In this document: positions 36,825 through 46,815 of the stretch, one piece after another
Layout of the letters: the number at the start of each line of letters is the position of its first letter
Position numbering within the stretch: the first letter of the stretch is position 1
Assembly (NCBI GenBank): GCA_020052645.1
Contig: JAGVOQ010000011.1
Location: 40,890-104,889 of the forward strand
DNA from: Candidatus Omnitrophota bacterium
GTDB taxonomy: Bacteria > Omnitrophota > Gorgyraeia > Velamenicoccales > Velamenicoccaceae
DNA: 64,000 bases
Reading direction: 5' to 3'
Translations under genes and position numbers: made by a program
Notes under the pieces: generated by a model
Databases searched by the model: none
What the model was told of the DNA's origin: nothing
Seen by the model: the letters and a program-made list of their open reading frames with translations, nothing else

Positions 36825-38741
36825 TCATGCTTCACAAAAACACGGTAATAAACATGGCCAGGGACATTTTTTAACACGTGCCGAAGCTCGCATCCTCTTA
36901 GGACTATTCAGGATATTTTCAAAATTCTTCTTTTTGATATTACCGTAAGAAGAAAAACAAGTCGTACAATCTCCTAAAGTTGAGACCAAAACAGTCCGGC
37001 CGGCAGATTGGCATTGGATATCCCTCGACGTAAGCGTCCCCCGATAATATTTTTTTATCAGCAATAAATTTAAAAGTGAATTTTTTATAAAATTAGGGCA
37101 CTGGCGCTTTAAAGCAACCAGCTTATCCAACGCGGCATCCAGCACAGAAAAACGCTCTTCAGGAACCCAAAAACCGCTCGCCTTTCTTTCGTCCATCTTT
37201 AAATTATTCGGCAAAAGCGACTGGAATTGCAACGAATTGGCACCTAGCGAATGAACGAATGAAACAATCTCATCAAGCTCTTCTAAGTTCTGATTCAAGA
37301 TGACCGTAATAACATTAAAATTGATCTGGGGATTTTTATTTTTTGCCTGCGCCAACCTTCTCAATACGGCGTGCGTTGCCTCCCAGGCAATTTCAGAATT
37401 CCTGACCGTGTTATGGACAACTTGTTTCAAAGAATCAAAAGAAATCACAAGAGAAATGGTATTATCACAAAGATATGGCATCACAACCTCAAAATGTTTT
37501 TCTACCAATATACCATTGCTTAAAACCCCTAGATTTTTAATTTTTAGATTCCGCGCGGTTTCAAAAACATTAAATATGTCCTGACGTAAAAGCGGTTCAC
37601 CGCCGGATAAAGTAATTTCAGGGATCTTAAGTGCCTGGGCTTGCGACAAAATACGCGCAAGAGCATCAAACCCTAAGTCTTCATCCTTGCTTTTAGTTTT
37701 CCAAATATCGCAAATATTACACATCAAATTGCATTGATGCGTGATGTCGAGGATCAAAAGACGGGGAACTCCAGCGCCACCGTCGTTTGTGCCGAATCCG
37801 TTTTTTTTGATCTGGAAAAATTCGCGAATGTTGCCTGCGATATAACAAATTTTGTGCATCGTAAAAAAAAGATAAATATCACATTTGTTAAAAAATCCTT
37901 TCACATCCTCTTCACGAATCAGTTTTCGTCCGCAGAGAAAACTAAAACGCGGGATCTTTAAAATATTGACGAAAGAACCAAACCAAAAAGACAAAGAGCC
38001 GGTTCTTAGTTCCTTAAGCAGAGGATGATCTCTATGCATATGCTGAACCAAAAAGTTCCCGCGGCCATAAACAAAGGCCTGCCTTAAAAAACTTTTTACA
38101 GTCCCTTCCCTGTCGTGAAGGACTTTGATTTCAGGGATAAAAAGAAAACGCCTGCCTTTTTTAAACAAACGCCAGAAAAATTCAAGATCCTCTCCTCCCG
38201 GAAAAAGAAAGCGTTCGTCAAAACTTTTTAAGCCGAAAACATCTCTTTTACATGAAACATTACAGGTAGGGAAAAATATAATTTCTTTCTTGCCAGCCAA
38301 TTTCGTTTCAATGCTCCATGTGCTTAATTTTTGACTGATCAAAAGATGAGGCGTAGAACACCCTGAAATTGTTTCACCTCCGATACAAGATATCTTGGGG
38401 AATTTTTGATGGGCTTCAACCATCTGTGCGACCCATGACCCCATGACCAGGCAATCATCATCAACAAAACCTATCAGAGAGCCACTGGCCACCTCGATGC
38501 CGCGATTTCGGGCGCGCGCCGGCCCTTGGTGAGATCCGGAGACATAACGAAGATTAAAAAAATCGTTTTTTGCTTCATCGACAACTTTTTTCGTTGATTC
38601 AGAAGCTCCATCATCAACAACAATGATCTCAAAAGTATAGCGGCGATCCTTCATTGCCGCAAAAGAATCCAAACAGCGCTTAAGACTTGCGTCTCGCTTA
38701 CATGTCGGTAGTACGATCGAAATATCGATGCTCATATTCAA
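36825..38741 (-). CDS. fusion protein: N-terminal GT2 glycosyltransferase plus C-terminal radical SAM domain
   Basis: Residues 1-300 carry ISIVLPTCKRD, IIVVDDGASEST and FVDDDC. From residue 330 they carry ILDITHQCNLMCNICD, LSGGEPLLRQDIF and KCPWPCLLPC. Confidence 0.85.
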   Translation of the reverse strand: MNMSIDISIVLPTCKRDASLKRCLDSFAAMKDRRYTFEIIVVDDGASESTKKVVDEAKNDFFNLRYVSGSHQGPARARNRGIEVASGSLIGFVDDDCLVMGSWVAQMVEAHQKFPKISCIGGETISGCSTPHLLISQKLSTWSIETKLAGKKEIIFFPTCNVSCKRDVFGLKSFDERFLFPGGEDLEFFWRLFKKGRRFLFIPEIKVLHDREGTVKSFLRQAFVYGRGNFLVQHMHRDHPLLKELRTGSLSFWFGSFVNILKIPRFSFLCGRKLIREEDVKGFFNKCDIYLFFTMHKICYIAGNIREFFQIKKNGFGTNDGGAGVPRLLILDITHQCNLMCNICDIWKTKSKDEDLGFDALARILSQAQALKIPEITLSGGEPLLRQDIFNVFETARNLKIKNLGVLSNGILVEKHFEVVMPYLCDNTISLVISFDSLKQVVHNTVRNSEIAWEATHAVLRRLAQAKNKNPQINFNVITVILNQNLEELDEIVSFVHSLGANSLQFQSLLPNNLKMDERKASGFWVPEERFSVLDAALDKLVALKRQCPNFIKNSLLNLLLIKKYYRGTLTSRDIQCQSAGRTVLVSTLGDCTTCFSSYGNIKKKNFENILNSPKRMRASARVKKCPWPCLLPCFCEA

Positions 38742-38750
38742 CTTTTTTTC

Positions 38751-41468
38751 CTAAACATCGCCAAAAACAATCCTGCCTGTAAAATATGAATGTTCGCCCA
38801 TATCTAAAACAGCGGCATTTTTTGTGAGATACTGAAGAATCCTACCTCGAAAATAAAGATCCGAATTAACGATATTTAAACAACCGTTTCTATTATTTGC
38901 ATCTAAAGAAAAAACAATCGGCGGCAAGGCACCATCGACTCCTGACGCAACCCCTATAGAACGATCGCACTTTTCTTTAGCCCCATCTTCTGTCCAAATC
39001 AAATCCCAATCATCATCGATATCGCCTCGAAAATCAGGAAAAGCCCCTTCTGCCCCCAGCCCTTGCCATTTAAGATATTCTTCAGAAAGCATGAGATTCG
39101 TTTGCAGGCGTTCAAAAGCAAGCCCTTGATCCAAAATCAGACGTACATTGAAAAAAACCCTCATTTGTTCATCCAGAGAAATTTCCCAAATCTGGCTCAT
39201 GGGCAACTCTCTCCATCGCCCTCGGGCTCTTATGAAGCGCGCGTTATTCTCTAAAATTTCCCATTGAGCCATTAGCAGGGAATCATGCCAGCGCCCTTTA
39301 TAGCGCAAAGACGTATAAAAAGCGTGTTTCTTGGTCAGCTCTTTTCCTTTCTTAAACAAACGCACGCATCCATTATCAAAAACTATTTTTTTATTCTCGT
39401 CTAAAACGATTTCCGCCCGCATCTTTAGAAAAACAATCGGTTCATTTTTAAATGCGACACTTAATTCAAAACAAGGGGTGAAGCCACGGGAAAATTTCAT
39501 CCTTCCTTCAGGTTCAACGCGTTCTATTTTTAACTCACGGGCGCTGTACGAAAAATCAGAATTACCGATTTTCGCAAAATTATTCAATACTTTAGAAAAT
39601 TTTATTTCACAAGAAGGCAAAGAATCACCCTGTGCGCTCAAACCCACAACGCCGCCGCAAATACAACGTTGAACCACATCAAAAAAAACTTCGCCAAAAT
39701 CATTCAAGAATTCCCCGCGATCAACATCCGTAAACCAATAACCATATTGCGACAAACATCTGAACGTCATGCCCTGACTTTCTATATCCACTTCCTGACT
39801 TAAATCCAGGCCCACCTTTACCCTGAATTCGGATTCATTTAAAATTTCTATCTCCCACACCTGGGAAAGAGGCAAGTTGTGCCAAAACCCCCGAGCAATA
39901 AGCTTCGTTGCGCTTTCTTTTTTAAACTCCCATTGGGCGTACGTCGAAGAATACCATCGTCCGTTGGCAAAGAAAGAAACGCTCGCATGATCCCCCTTGG
40001 TAAGCGTTACCCCTTTACAAGAAACCATGAGGCGGCCGTTATCAAAAACACATTTTAAAGCTCCTTTTTCTAAAACAAATTCTTCCTGTATTTGGCGCAG
40101 AAATTTTTCAGGCTCAGGGACCGCGCAAAGAATTTTTCCGGAAAAAATATGCCGATGGACTATCCCCAAATCTTCGTTCTCGTTAAAAACAGTTGTCTTA
40201 AATTGCAAAAGACGACAATTCAAAAAATCATCGGAATTAAAGATCTGGGCATGGCAAAGGCCGGACTGCTGAAAGATCAAAGGCGCGAGATTTGTATCGG
40301 AAGTTGTCTCTGCCTTAACTCCTAACGCCTTTCTCTCAATATTGTTACCCAGAAAAGCCTGCCAATTCCAACTGGCCTGCCCTTGAGATAAAAATTCACC
40401 CTGTTCTAAAGTCGTCATCCAATGCGTAAAGCCGCGGGTAAGCATAATATTGGAGCATCCCTCTTGAACAACGAAATTCCTTGGTCCCTCAACCTCAACC
40501 TGCCAATCAATACAACTGTTTCTTAAACTAATTTTCCAGACTTGAGTCAATGCAGGGCTTGAAAGTTTCCCTCTTAAGACCCACAGGCCTTCCCCGCCGC
40601 TTGCAACCTCCCAATCGAATTCCTGAGAGCTGACCCATTTATTATCCACGCGCAAAACCATGTGCGCGCCTAAACCCGGGGTCAAAAGCACGTCGCAAAA
40701 ATTTATGAAGAGCCGGCCGTTATTAAAAATAATTTTTAAAGGCCCCTCTTGCAATCCGGCGATCCCTTTCTTTTCTCCGATATTCTGCAAAAACGCCGAA
40801 ACAACCAAATCCACCGGCCCATCCTTGATCAGCCGGCCCTCTTTAAAAAGAAGGACGCGACAACACAATTGCCGCAATAAATTAATATCATGCGTCACAA
40901 AAAGAATCGTCTTTCCCTGTTCTTTCAGCTCAAAAATCTTCTGAACACATTTTTTCTGAAAATATTCATCACCGACAGCCAAGGTATCATCAATCAAAAG
41001 GATGTCCGGATCTACATGTACGGCGATGGCGAAAGCCAGACGCACAAACATGCCTTGCGAATAACATTTAACCGGGGCATGGATAAATTTACCTAAAGCC
41101 GCGAAACGTATAATGGCGTCACGACGCTCTTCAATCTGTTTTTTATTTAATCCAAAAAGGCCGCCGCTTAAAAATATATTTTCCTCGCCAGTCAATTCAG
41201 GTTGAAATCCGGCCCCAAGCTCTAACAACCCTGAAACACGGCCTTCAATACCAACCTGGCCCCGGTCAGATTTTAGAAGACCAGCTATTAATTTCAAAAC
41301 CGTCGATTTACCGGCGCCGTTTTCTCCGATAATACCCAGGGTTTCGCCTTTTTCAACGCTAAAACTAACGTCTTTCAAAGCCCAAAAGCTCTCCCAGGCG
41401 GTCCTTCGCCTCTGGAAGAACTTAATCCTATACATTTCCCAAACGTTTTTGAATTGAACAACAGGCAT
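38751..41468 (-). CDS. Wzt/TagH-type polysaccharide ABC exporter ATPase with a roughly 660-aa triple-repeat C-terminal extension
   Basis: GENGAGKST, YSQGMFVRLAFA, ILLIDDTLAVGD and VTHD in the first 230 aa. Three homologous modules of about 215 aa follow. Confidence 0.85.
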   Translation of the reverse strand: MPVVQFKNVWEMYRIKFFQRRRTAWESFWALKDVSFSVEKGETLGIIGENGAGKSTVLKLIAGLLKSDRGQVGIEGRVSGLLELGAGFQPELTGEENIFLSGGLFGLNKKQIEERRDAIIRFAALGKFIHAPVKCYSQGMFVRLAFAIAVHVDPDILLIDDTLAVGDEYFQKKCVQKIFELKEQGKTILFVTHDINLLRQLCCRVLLFKEGRLIKDGPVDLVVSAFLQNIGEKKGIAGLQEGPLKIIFNNGRLFINFCDVLLTPGLGAHMVLRVDNKWVSSQEFDWEVASGGEGLWVLRGKLSSPALTQVWKISLRNSCIDWQVEVEGPRNFVVQEGCSNIMLTRGFTHWMTTLEQGEFLSQGQASWNWQAFLGNNIERKALGVKAETTSDTNLAPLIFQQSGLCHAQIFNSDDFLNCRLLQFKTTVFNENEDLGIVHRHIFSGKILCAVPEPEKFLRQIQEEFVLEKGALKCVFDNGRLMVSCKGVTLTKGDHASVSFFANGRWYSSTYAQWEFKKESATKLIARGFWHNLPLSQVWEIEILNESEFRVKVGLDLSQEVDIESQGMTFRCLSQYGYWFTDVDRGEFLNDFGEVFFDVVQRCICGGVVGLSAQGDSLPSCEIKFSKVLNNFAKIGNSDFSYSARELKIERVEPEGRMKFSRGFTPCFELSVAFKNEPIVFLKMRAEIVLDENKKIVFDNGCVRLFKKGKELTKKHAFYTSLRYKGRWHDSLLMAQWEILENNARFIRARGRWRELPMSQIWEISLDEQMRVFFNVRLILDQGLAFERLQTNLMLSEEYLKWQGLGAEGAFPDFRGDIDDDWDLIWTEDGAKEKCDRSIGVASGVDGALPPIVFSLDANNRNGCLNIVNSDLYFRGRILQYLTKNAAVLDMGEHSYFTGRIVFGDV

Positions 41469-41469
41469 C

Positions 41470-42285
41470 TTAGATTCGTTTTAACAGATTGGATTCAAAA
41501 CGCGCAAAAATCAATAATCCCAACATTAGGGTTAACCCGGACAAAAGGAAAAGAAGAAAAAAACTAAAAGCAGACGGAATTTGGCCATAAAAAACAAGGG
41601 CCCTAAAATCAATCACGTAGAGTGTGACTGGATTAAGAGCAACAATCCAGCGGAATTTCACAGGAAGCATATCCAGCGAATAAAAAACCGGAGTGATCCA
41701 AAACCAACACATAAAAATGACGCCCAGAAGATGGCCCAGATCGCGGACAAAAACATTTAGAACAGACAGCGCAAGCCCCGCGCCCCAGGTCAAAAACAAA
41801 AATAAAAGAAGAACGATCAAAATAAAAGGAAGGAAAAAAATGATCTTCGGATGTTGGATTATAAACAAAGGAAGAACGACAATCCACCCAATCATAAAAT
41901 TTAAAAAATTGGCCAGAATAGAAGACAAGGGCAAAATTTCTTTAGGAATGTTGAACTGACGTAAAATAGCGGCTTGGTTTAAGAATACCGAAGAGGCCTC
42001 TGTCAACGCGCAGGAAAAAAACATCCATAAAAAAATCCCGGAAAGGACAAAAAGAGAATAGTGACCGACACTCATTCTCGAAAAACCGCTGAATACACAT
42101 GTAATAGCCAGAGCGACCAACAACGGATTTACGATCGCCCAAAATACCCCCAAAAATGAACCTGCGTATTTAGCCTTAAGCTGCTTGAACGCCAAATCCC
42201 ACAACGCATGACCGTACAAAAATATATCCTCAACTCGTTTCTTAAAATCCATTCGCACCCCAAGAGGTTTTTTTATGCTTTCCAT
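41470..42285 (-). CDS. ABC-2 type (Wzm/TagG-like) exporter permease
   Basis: LKAKYAGSFLGVFWAIVNPLL N-terminal motif and 6 TM segments. Sits 1 nt from the ATPase gene. Confidence 0.85.
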   Translation of the reverse strand: MESIKKPLGVRMDFKKRVEDIFLYGHALWDLAFKQLKAKYAGSFLGVFWAIVNPLLVALAITCVFSGFSRMSVGHYSLFVLSGIFLWMFFSCALTEASSVFLNQAAILRQFNIPKEILPLSSILANFLNFMIGWIVVLPLFIIQHPKIIFFLPFILIVLLLFLFLTWGAGLALSVLNVFVRDLGHLLGVIFMCWFWITPVFYSLDMLPVKFRWIVALNPVTLYVIDFRALVFYGQIPSAFSFFLLFLLSGLTLMLGLLIFARFESNLLKRI

Positions 42286-42347
42286 ACGGATATTTCCTTA
42301 ACAGTTTAAAGGGATATTGCCTCTATTTCAAGCAAAAGGTGAATGCG

Positions 42348-43847
42348 TCAGGAACGGGACGAATGAGATACAGCCAAGGCAAAAACAACCAGAGCCGCAT
42401 AACAAAAAACCACGGCAAAAGCAGGGATTTTGACAACTTCGAATGAAGCTAAAGGACACAAGGACAGGATGTGACTACACTTTAAAAAAACAGCTATCAG
42501 GAATTCCGCGCCAAAACTTAAAGGCCCAACTAGAAAATCAAAAAAATACCCCAAGACCACCAAGGCAAAACCAGCGGCGATAACCACGGTAGCCAAAGGA
42601 ACAATAACCATGTTGGCTGCCACAGCGATCAGGGAAACATTGCCGAAGTTTGAAGCGATCAGCGGAGCTGTCCCCAGCCAAGCGGCGCAAGAAACAGAAA
42701 AACAATTAACCAGCGAAACAACTACAGGTTTTTGTGGCAAACATTTTAAACAATACTCCCTGATCTTGGGCGAAAGAACAACGATAAAAAATATGCTAAG
42801 AAATGAAAGTTGAAAACCAATGTTAAAAAGCTCCAAAGGATTAAGGAACAGGATAAAGAGAGCTGCCAGGCACAACGAATTACAAAACAATGGATTACGC
42901 CTGATCAAAAAACTCAGCAGAAAAGCTTCTGTCATAATTGTTGCCCGAACCACCGGCGCACACGCGCCTGTAATCAGGCAATAAATCCATAACAATCCCA
43001 TGATCAAAAGAATGCGTAAAGTCCGCTGGATCTTAAAAATCTTTAACACGACGAACAGAACAAATGCAACAAAAACAGTATGCGAGCCACTGACCACAAC
43101 CACATGCCACGTGCCGGTTTTAACCATCATTGTTTTAACGAACGGCGCTAGATGGCTTCCGTCACCCAGCACCATCGCTGAAAGGATAGACGCTGAAAAG
43201 TGAGGCAGATGCTGAACAATAACCTTCTTCATCCTGTCTTTTGAAGCAAGGGCCAGAGCCTTAAGCCACCAGCCGCTCTTTCGTCCCGTAAAAATGAGCG
43301 CACCAGGTTTATTTTTAACGCACACAACAGGCCTTCCCCGGTATTTAAAAAGAGTGCCCCGGACAATCACCTCGTCCCCGTAAAAATAGTTTTGCGCGTT
43401 ATACAAACGCACGAAAACATGCCCCGAAACCTTAAATTCCTGATCTTTTTGAACAAGACGGGAAACCTTTAAAAGAAAAAATCTTTTTTTTAAAAAATTT
43501 GCATTTTCACTATCCACATTCCCTTTTAAACAAATTGTCCGGCTTCCTGAATTCATTAAATAAATAACAGAATCCTTAGGAATAAGCTGCTTTTGAGCCA
43601 GGCATAGAGCCCCAAAAAGAAAAATAATTATGCTTAAACAAATTTCAGGAAGGAATCGTTTTTTTAAGAAAAGAATACTTGCTATCAAAAACAATGCAAC
43701 GAGGGCCAAAAGGTTCCGGCAAGCAAAGGGCCAATGCCTTTCAAAAATAATCCCAAAACAGAAAAAAATACATCCAAACACCAAAGGCGGGATCTGAAGC
43801 TTTTTGAACTGCGCAACAAGAAGACTTAGAAGATAAGAAGCACCCAT
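42348..43847 (-). CDS. comEC: ComEC/Rec2-family DNA internalisation channel (no beta-lactamase domain)
   Basis: Polytopic protein with an OB-like insert (DUF4131-type) followed by a competence domain. Adjacent to comEA. Confidence 0.7.
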   Translation of the reverse strand: MGASYLLSLLVAQFKKLQIPPLVFGCIFFCFGIIFERHWPFACRNLLALVALFLIASILFLKKRFLPEICLSIIIFLFGALCLAQKQLIPKDSVIYLMNSGSRTICLKGNVDSENANFLKKRFFLLKVSRLVQKDQEFKVSGHVFVRLYNAQNYFYGDEVIVRGTLFKYRGRPVVCVKNKPGALIFTGRKSGWWLKALALASKDRMKKVIVQHLPHFSASILSAMVLGDGSHLAPFVKTMMVKTGTWHVVVVSGSHTVFVAFVLFVVLKIFKIQRTLRILLIMGLLWIYCLITGACAPVVRATIMTEAFLLSFLIRRNPLFCNSLCLAALFILFLNPLELFNIGFQLSFLSIFFIVVLSPKIREYCLKCLPQKPVVVSLVNCFSVSCAAWLGTAPLIASNFGNVSLIAVAANMVIVPLATVVIAAGFALVVLGYFFDFLVGPLSFGAEFLIAVFLKCSHILSLCPLASFEVVKIPAFAVVFCYAALVVFALAVSHSSRS

Positions 43848-43923
43848 AGATAAAGGAATAAAAAATTCGCTTTTGCTTTTTCAGGAAGCTTCTTAAGAAA
43901 TTTTTAAGAAGATGCGGGAAGGA

Positions 43924-44280
43924 TTATAAATTGTTGCTTGTCGCAGCACACAAATATTTTTTTAAAGACTCGAGTTTTTTATCGCTGATCCCTTTGATAT
44001 TTTTCAGTTCATCGACTCCTGAAAAATACCCATGGTCCAGACGGTAAGCGATGATCGCGTCAGCCGTTACCTCTGCGATGCCCGGCAACGCTATTAATTC
44101 TTCTCTTGTTGCATTATTAATATCTAAGGGTTTGCGGACTGGATTTTGCGGGAAAACTCCTAAGAGGAGACACGTGCTTGGGCCTTGGGATTTTTTATAA
44201 TAACTAAGGCCAAAACCCAAAAGGAACAACAACATCAGAAAAATAAAGATCTTTCGCTCTTGATTTGTTAAAGAGATCAT
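43924..44280 (-). CDS. comEA: ComEA-like helix-hairpin-helix DNA-binding protein
   Basis: TM anchor plus INNATREELIALPGIAEVTADAIIAYR...IKGISDKKLESLK. Start at Met24 in a TAATG overlap with the leuS stop. Confidence 0.75.
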   Translation of the reverse strand: MISLTNQERKIFIFLMLLFLLGFGLSYYKKSQGPSTCLLLGVFPQNPVRKPLDINNATREELIALPGIAEVTADAIIAYRLDHGYFSGVDELKNIKGISDKKLESLKKYLCAATSNNL

Positions 44281-46727
44281 TAGACAACAATGCTGACAAG
44301 CTTCTTGGGAACAATCAGGATTTTTTTCACCACTGCCCCCTTGATCCATTCCTGTGTTTTAACATCTGAGAGAACAAGACGCTTGACCTCTTCATCATCA
44401 GCATCAAGTTTAACAATGATCTTTGACCTCACCTTGCCATTCACCTGGATCACATAAATCGCTGCATCTTCTTGAAGCTCTTTTTCGCTGAATGTCGGCC
44501 AATGAGATTTAAAAACACTCTCTTTGCTTCCTAACCTCTGCCACATCTCTTCACAGACATGCGGCGTAAACGGAGCCAACAAACACACCGTAGCCTGAAC
44601 GGCCTCAAGGGCTATTGGATGACCCTGTTCTTCTGAAGACAATTTATAGAGTTCATTAACCAATTCCATAACAGCGGAAATCGCGGTATTGAATTTAAAA
44701 CCGCCGTCCATATCACAAGTGATTTTTTTAACGGTTTCATGCATTTTGCGACGGACATTCTTTAAGCCCGCGCTCTCAGAAGCTAGAGCAGTAACTTTCT
44801 TTTCCTGACAGGTTTCCACCAAACGCCAGACGCGGCTCAAAAACCGCCACGCGCCGTCCATGCCTGTATCAGACCAATCCAGTTCTGCTTCGGGAGGCGC
44901 GGCAAAAAGAATAAACAATCTTAAAGTATCCGCACCGTATTCTTTAAGCAATCCGTCAGGATCAACGATATTGCCTTTAGACTTTGACATGACTTCACCA
45001 TCTTTCAAGACCATGCCTTGAGTCAAAAGCCTGTCAAAAGGTTCCTTAAAATCCAACATCCCGATATCCTTCAAAAATTTCGTAAAAAATCTTGAATACA
45101 AAAGATGCAAGACCGCGTGTTCAATACCGCCGATATACTGATCCACCGGCATCCAATATTTAACATCTTCTTTTTTAAAAGGCGCTTGATCTTCATCAGG
45201 TGAACAAAATCTTAAAAAATACCAGGAGGAATCAATAAAAGTCGCCATGGTGTCTGTTTCACGGCGCGCTTTTTTCCCACATTTCGGGCATTTTGTTTCG
45301 ACGAAATTTTTAACGTGGTTCAACGGGCTTCCGCCTTCACCCGTGATTTTAACTTTCTCAGGCAACCGGACAGGAAGATCTTTTTCGCTGACGCCGACCA
45401 CCCCACAGGTATCGCAATAAATAACCGGGATAGGCGTCCCCCAATAACGCTGACGTGAGATCAACCAGTCGCGCAGGCGCCAATGAATTGTCTTTTTACC
45501 GATTCTGGATTCTTCCATCCACTGGGCAATCTTTTCTTTGGCCTCTTCATTGCCAACCCCGTTAAAAGCATTGGAGTTAACCAAGACGCCCTCTTCCTCA
45601 AAAGCGCTCTCCATCGCATCAGCAGATAAAGTCACGCCTTTAGGCTGAATAACAACGCGCATCGGCAATCCGTGTTCTTTGGCAAATAAGAAATCTCTCT
45701 GGTCATGTGTCGGAACTGCCATGATTGCGCCTGTGCCATATCCCATCAATACATAATCAGCCACCCAGACAGGGATCTTCTCTTTCGTAACAGGATTAAG
45801 GCAATAGCTGCCTGTAAAACATCCTTCTTTTTTAACATCCGCAGCTTCGCGCACCTGACGGCTCTCATGAGCCACCTTCTCAATAAAGCTTGAGACTTCT
45901 TTTTCCTGAGGCTTGTTACGGATCAGTTCTTTGACAACCGGATGCTCGGGTGCCAAAACAACATACGTCGCCCCGAAAATCGTATCCTGACGCGTGGTAA
46001 AAACAGGCAAGGTGCGTCCGTCTTCGAGTTTAAAATAAATTTCAACGCCCGTGCTCTTGCCAATCCAATTCTTTTGCATGGCCAAAACACGCACCGGCCA
46101 ATTTTTTAAAATGTCCAAATCCTCTAGAAGACGCTCGCTGTAATCCGTGATTTTTAAATACCACTGTTCTAATTCCTTATCGACAACCGGCGTATGGCAC
46201 CGCCAGCAGCCACCCTGGACAACTTCTTCATTAGCCAGCGTTGTCAAGCAACTCGGGCACCAATTAACACTGGATGCCTTGCGGTACGCCAGCCCTTTCT
46301 CCAGCATTTTTAAAAAAATCCACTGATTCCATTTATAATAATCGCTTAAGCACGTTGAAACCTCGCGCTCCCAGTCATAGGAATACCCCATGCGAAACAT
46401 TTCTTTTTTCATCCAATCGATGCATTGTAACGTCCAGTCTTCGGGGTCAGAATTATTTTTAATGGCCGCATTCTCTGCCGGTTGACCGAACGCGTCAAAC
46501 CCCATGGGATGAAGCACATTGAATCCCTGCATGGTCTTGTAGCGCGCGATCACGTCACCGATCGTGTAATTGCGCACATGGCCCATATGGATCCTGCCCG
46601 ACGGATAAGGAAACATTTCCAAGACATAATATTTGGGCCGGGACGGATCTGTCACCGCCCGTGCAGCCTTCTCTTTATTCCAGGCCTTTTGCCACTTTTC
46701 TTCAATCTTTTTAAAATCAAATTCCAT
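44280..46727 (-). CDS. leuS: leucyl-tRNA synthetase
   Basis: [15 protein letters not shown] (HIGH region), VMSKSKGN (KMSKS) and a CP1 editing domain. Confidence 0.95.
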   Translation of the reverse strand: MEFDFKKIEEKWQKAWNKEKAARAVTDPSRPKYYVLEMFPYPSGRIHMGHVRNYTIGDVIARYKTMQGFNVLHPMGFDAFGQPAENAAIKNNSDPEDWTLQCIDWMKKEMFRMGYSYDWEREVSTCLSDYYKWNQWIFLKMLEKGLAYRKASSVNWCPSCLTTLANEEVVQGGCWRCHTPVVDKELEQWYLKITDYSERLLEDLDILKNWPVRVLAMQKNWIGKSTGVEIYFKLEDGRTLPVFTTRQDTIFGATYVVLAPEHPVVKELIRNKPQEKEVSSFIEKVAHESRQVREAADVKKEGCFTGSYCLNPVTKEKIPVWVADYVLMGYGTGAIMAVPTHDQRDFLFAKEHGLPMRVVIQPKGVTLSADAMESAFEEEGVLVNSNAFNGVGNEEAKEKIAQWMEESRIGKKTIHWRLRDWLISRQRYWGTPIPVIYCDTCGVVGVSEKDLPVRLPEKVKITGEGGSPLNHVKNFVETKCPKCGKKARRETDTMATFIDSSWYFLRFCSPDEDQAPFKKEDVKYWMPVDQYIGGIEHAVLHLLYSRFFTKFLKDIGMLDFKEPFDRLLTQGMVLKDGEVMSKSKGNIVDPDGLLKEYGADTLRLFILFAAPPEAELDWSDTGMDGAWRFLSRVWRLVETCQEKKVTALASESAGLKNVRRKMHETVKKITCDMDGGFKFNTAISAVMELVNELYKLSSEEQGHPIALEAVQATVCLLAPFTPHVCEEMWQRLGSKESVFKSHWPTFSEKELQEDAAIYVIQVNGKVRSKIIVKLDADDEEVKRLVLSDVKTQEWIKGAVVKKILIVPKKLVSIVV

Positions 46728-46734
46728 AGCTTCG

Positions 46735-46762
46735 GGGATCAGGGATCTGGGATCAGGGATCA
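46735..46762. repeat. 4 x 7-bp tandem repeat directly upstream of leuS
   Basis: GGGATCA GGGATCT GGGATCA GGGATCA. On the minus strand this reads CTGATCC-type units ending 7 nt before the ATG. Confidence 0.85.
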
Positions 46763-46815
46763 GTGAAAACTTTTGTTTTCTGATGCCTGATACCTGTTGC
46801 CCGTTGTCTGAAAAA

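Noticed and set aside
46728-46815. T-box riboswitch upstream of leuS
   Set aside because: The spacer is only 88 nt. It has no specifier-loop or T-box (AANNNGGUGNUAC-like) sequence. Real T-boxes are over 200 nt.
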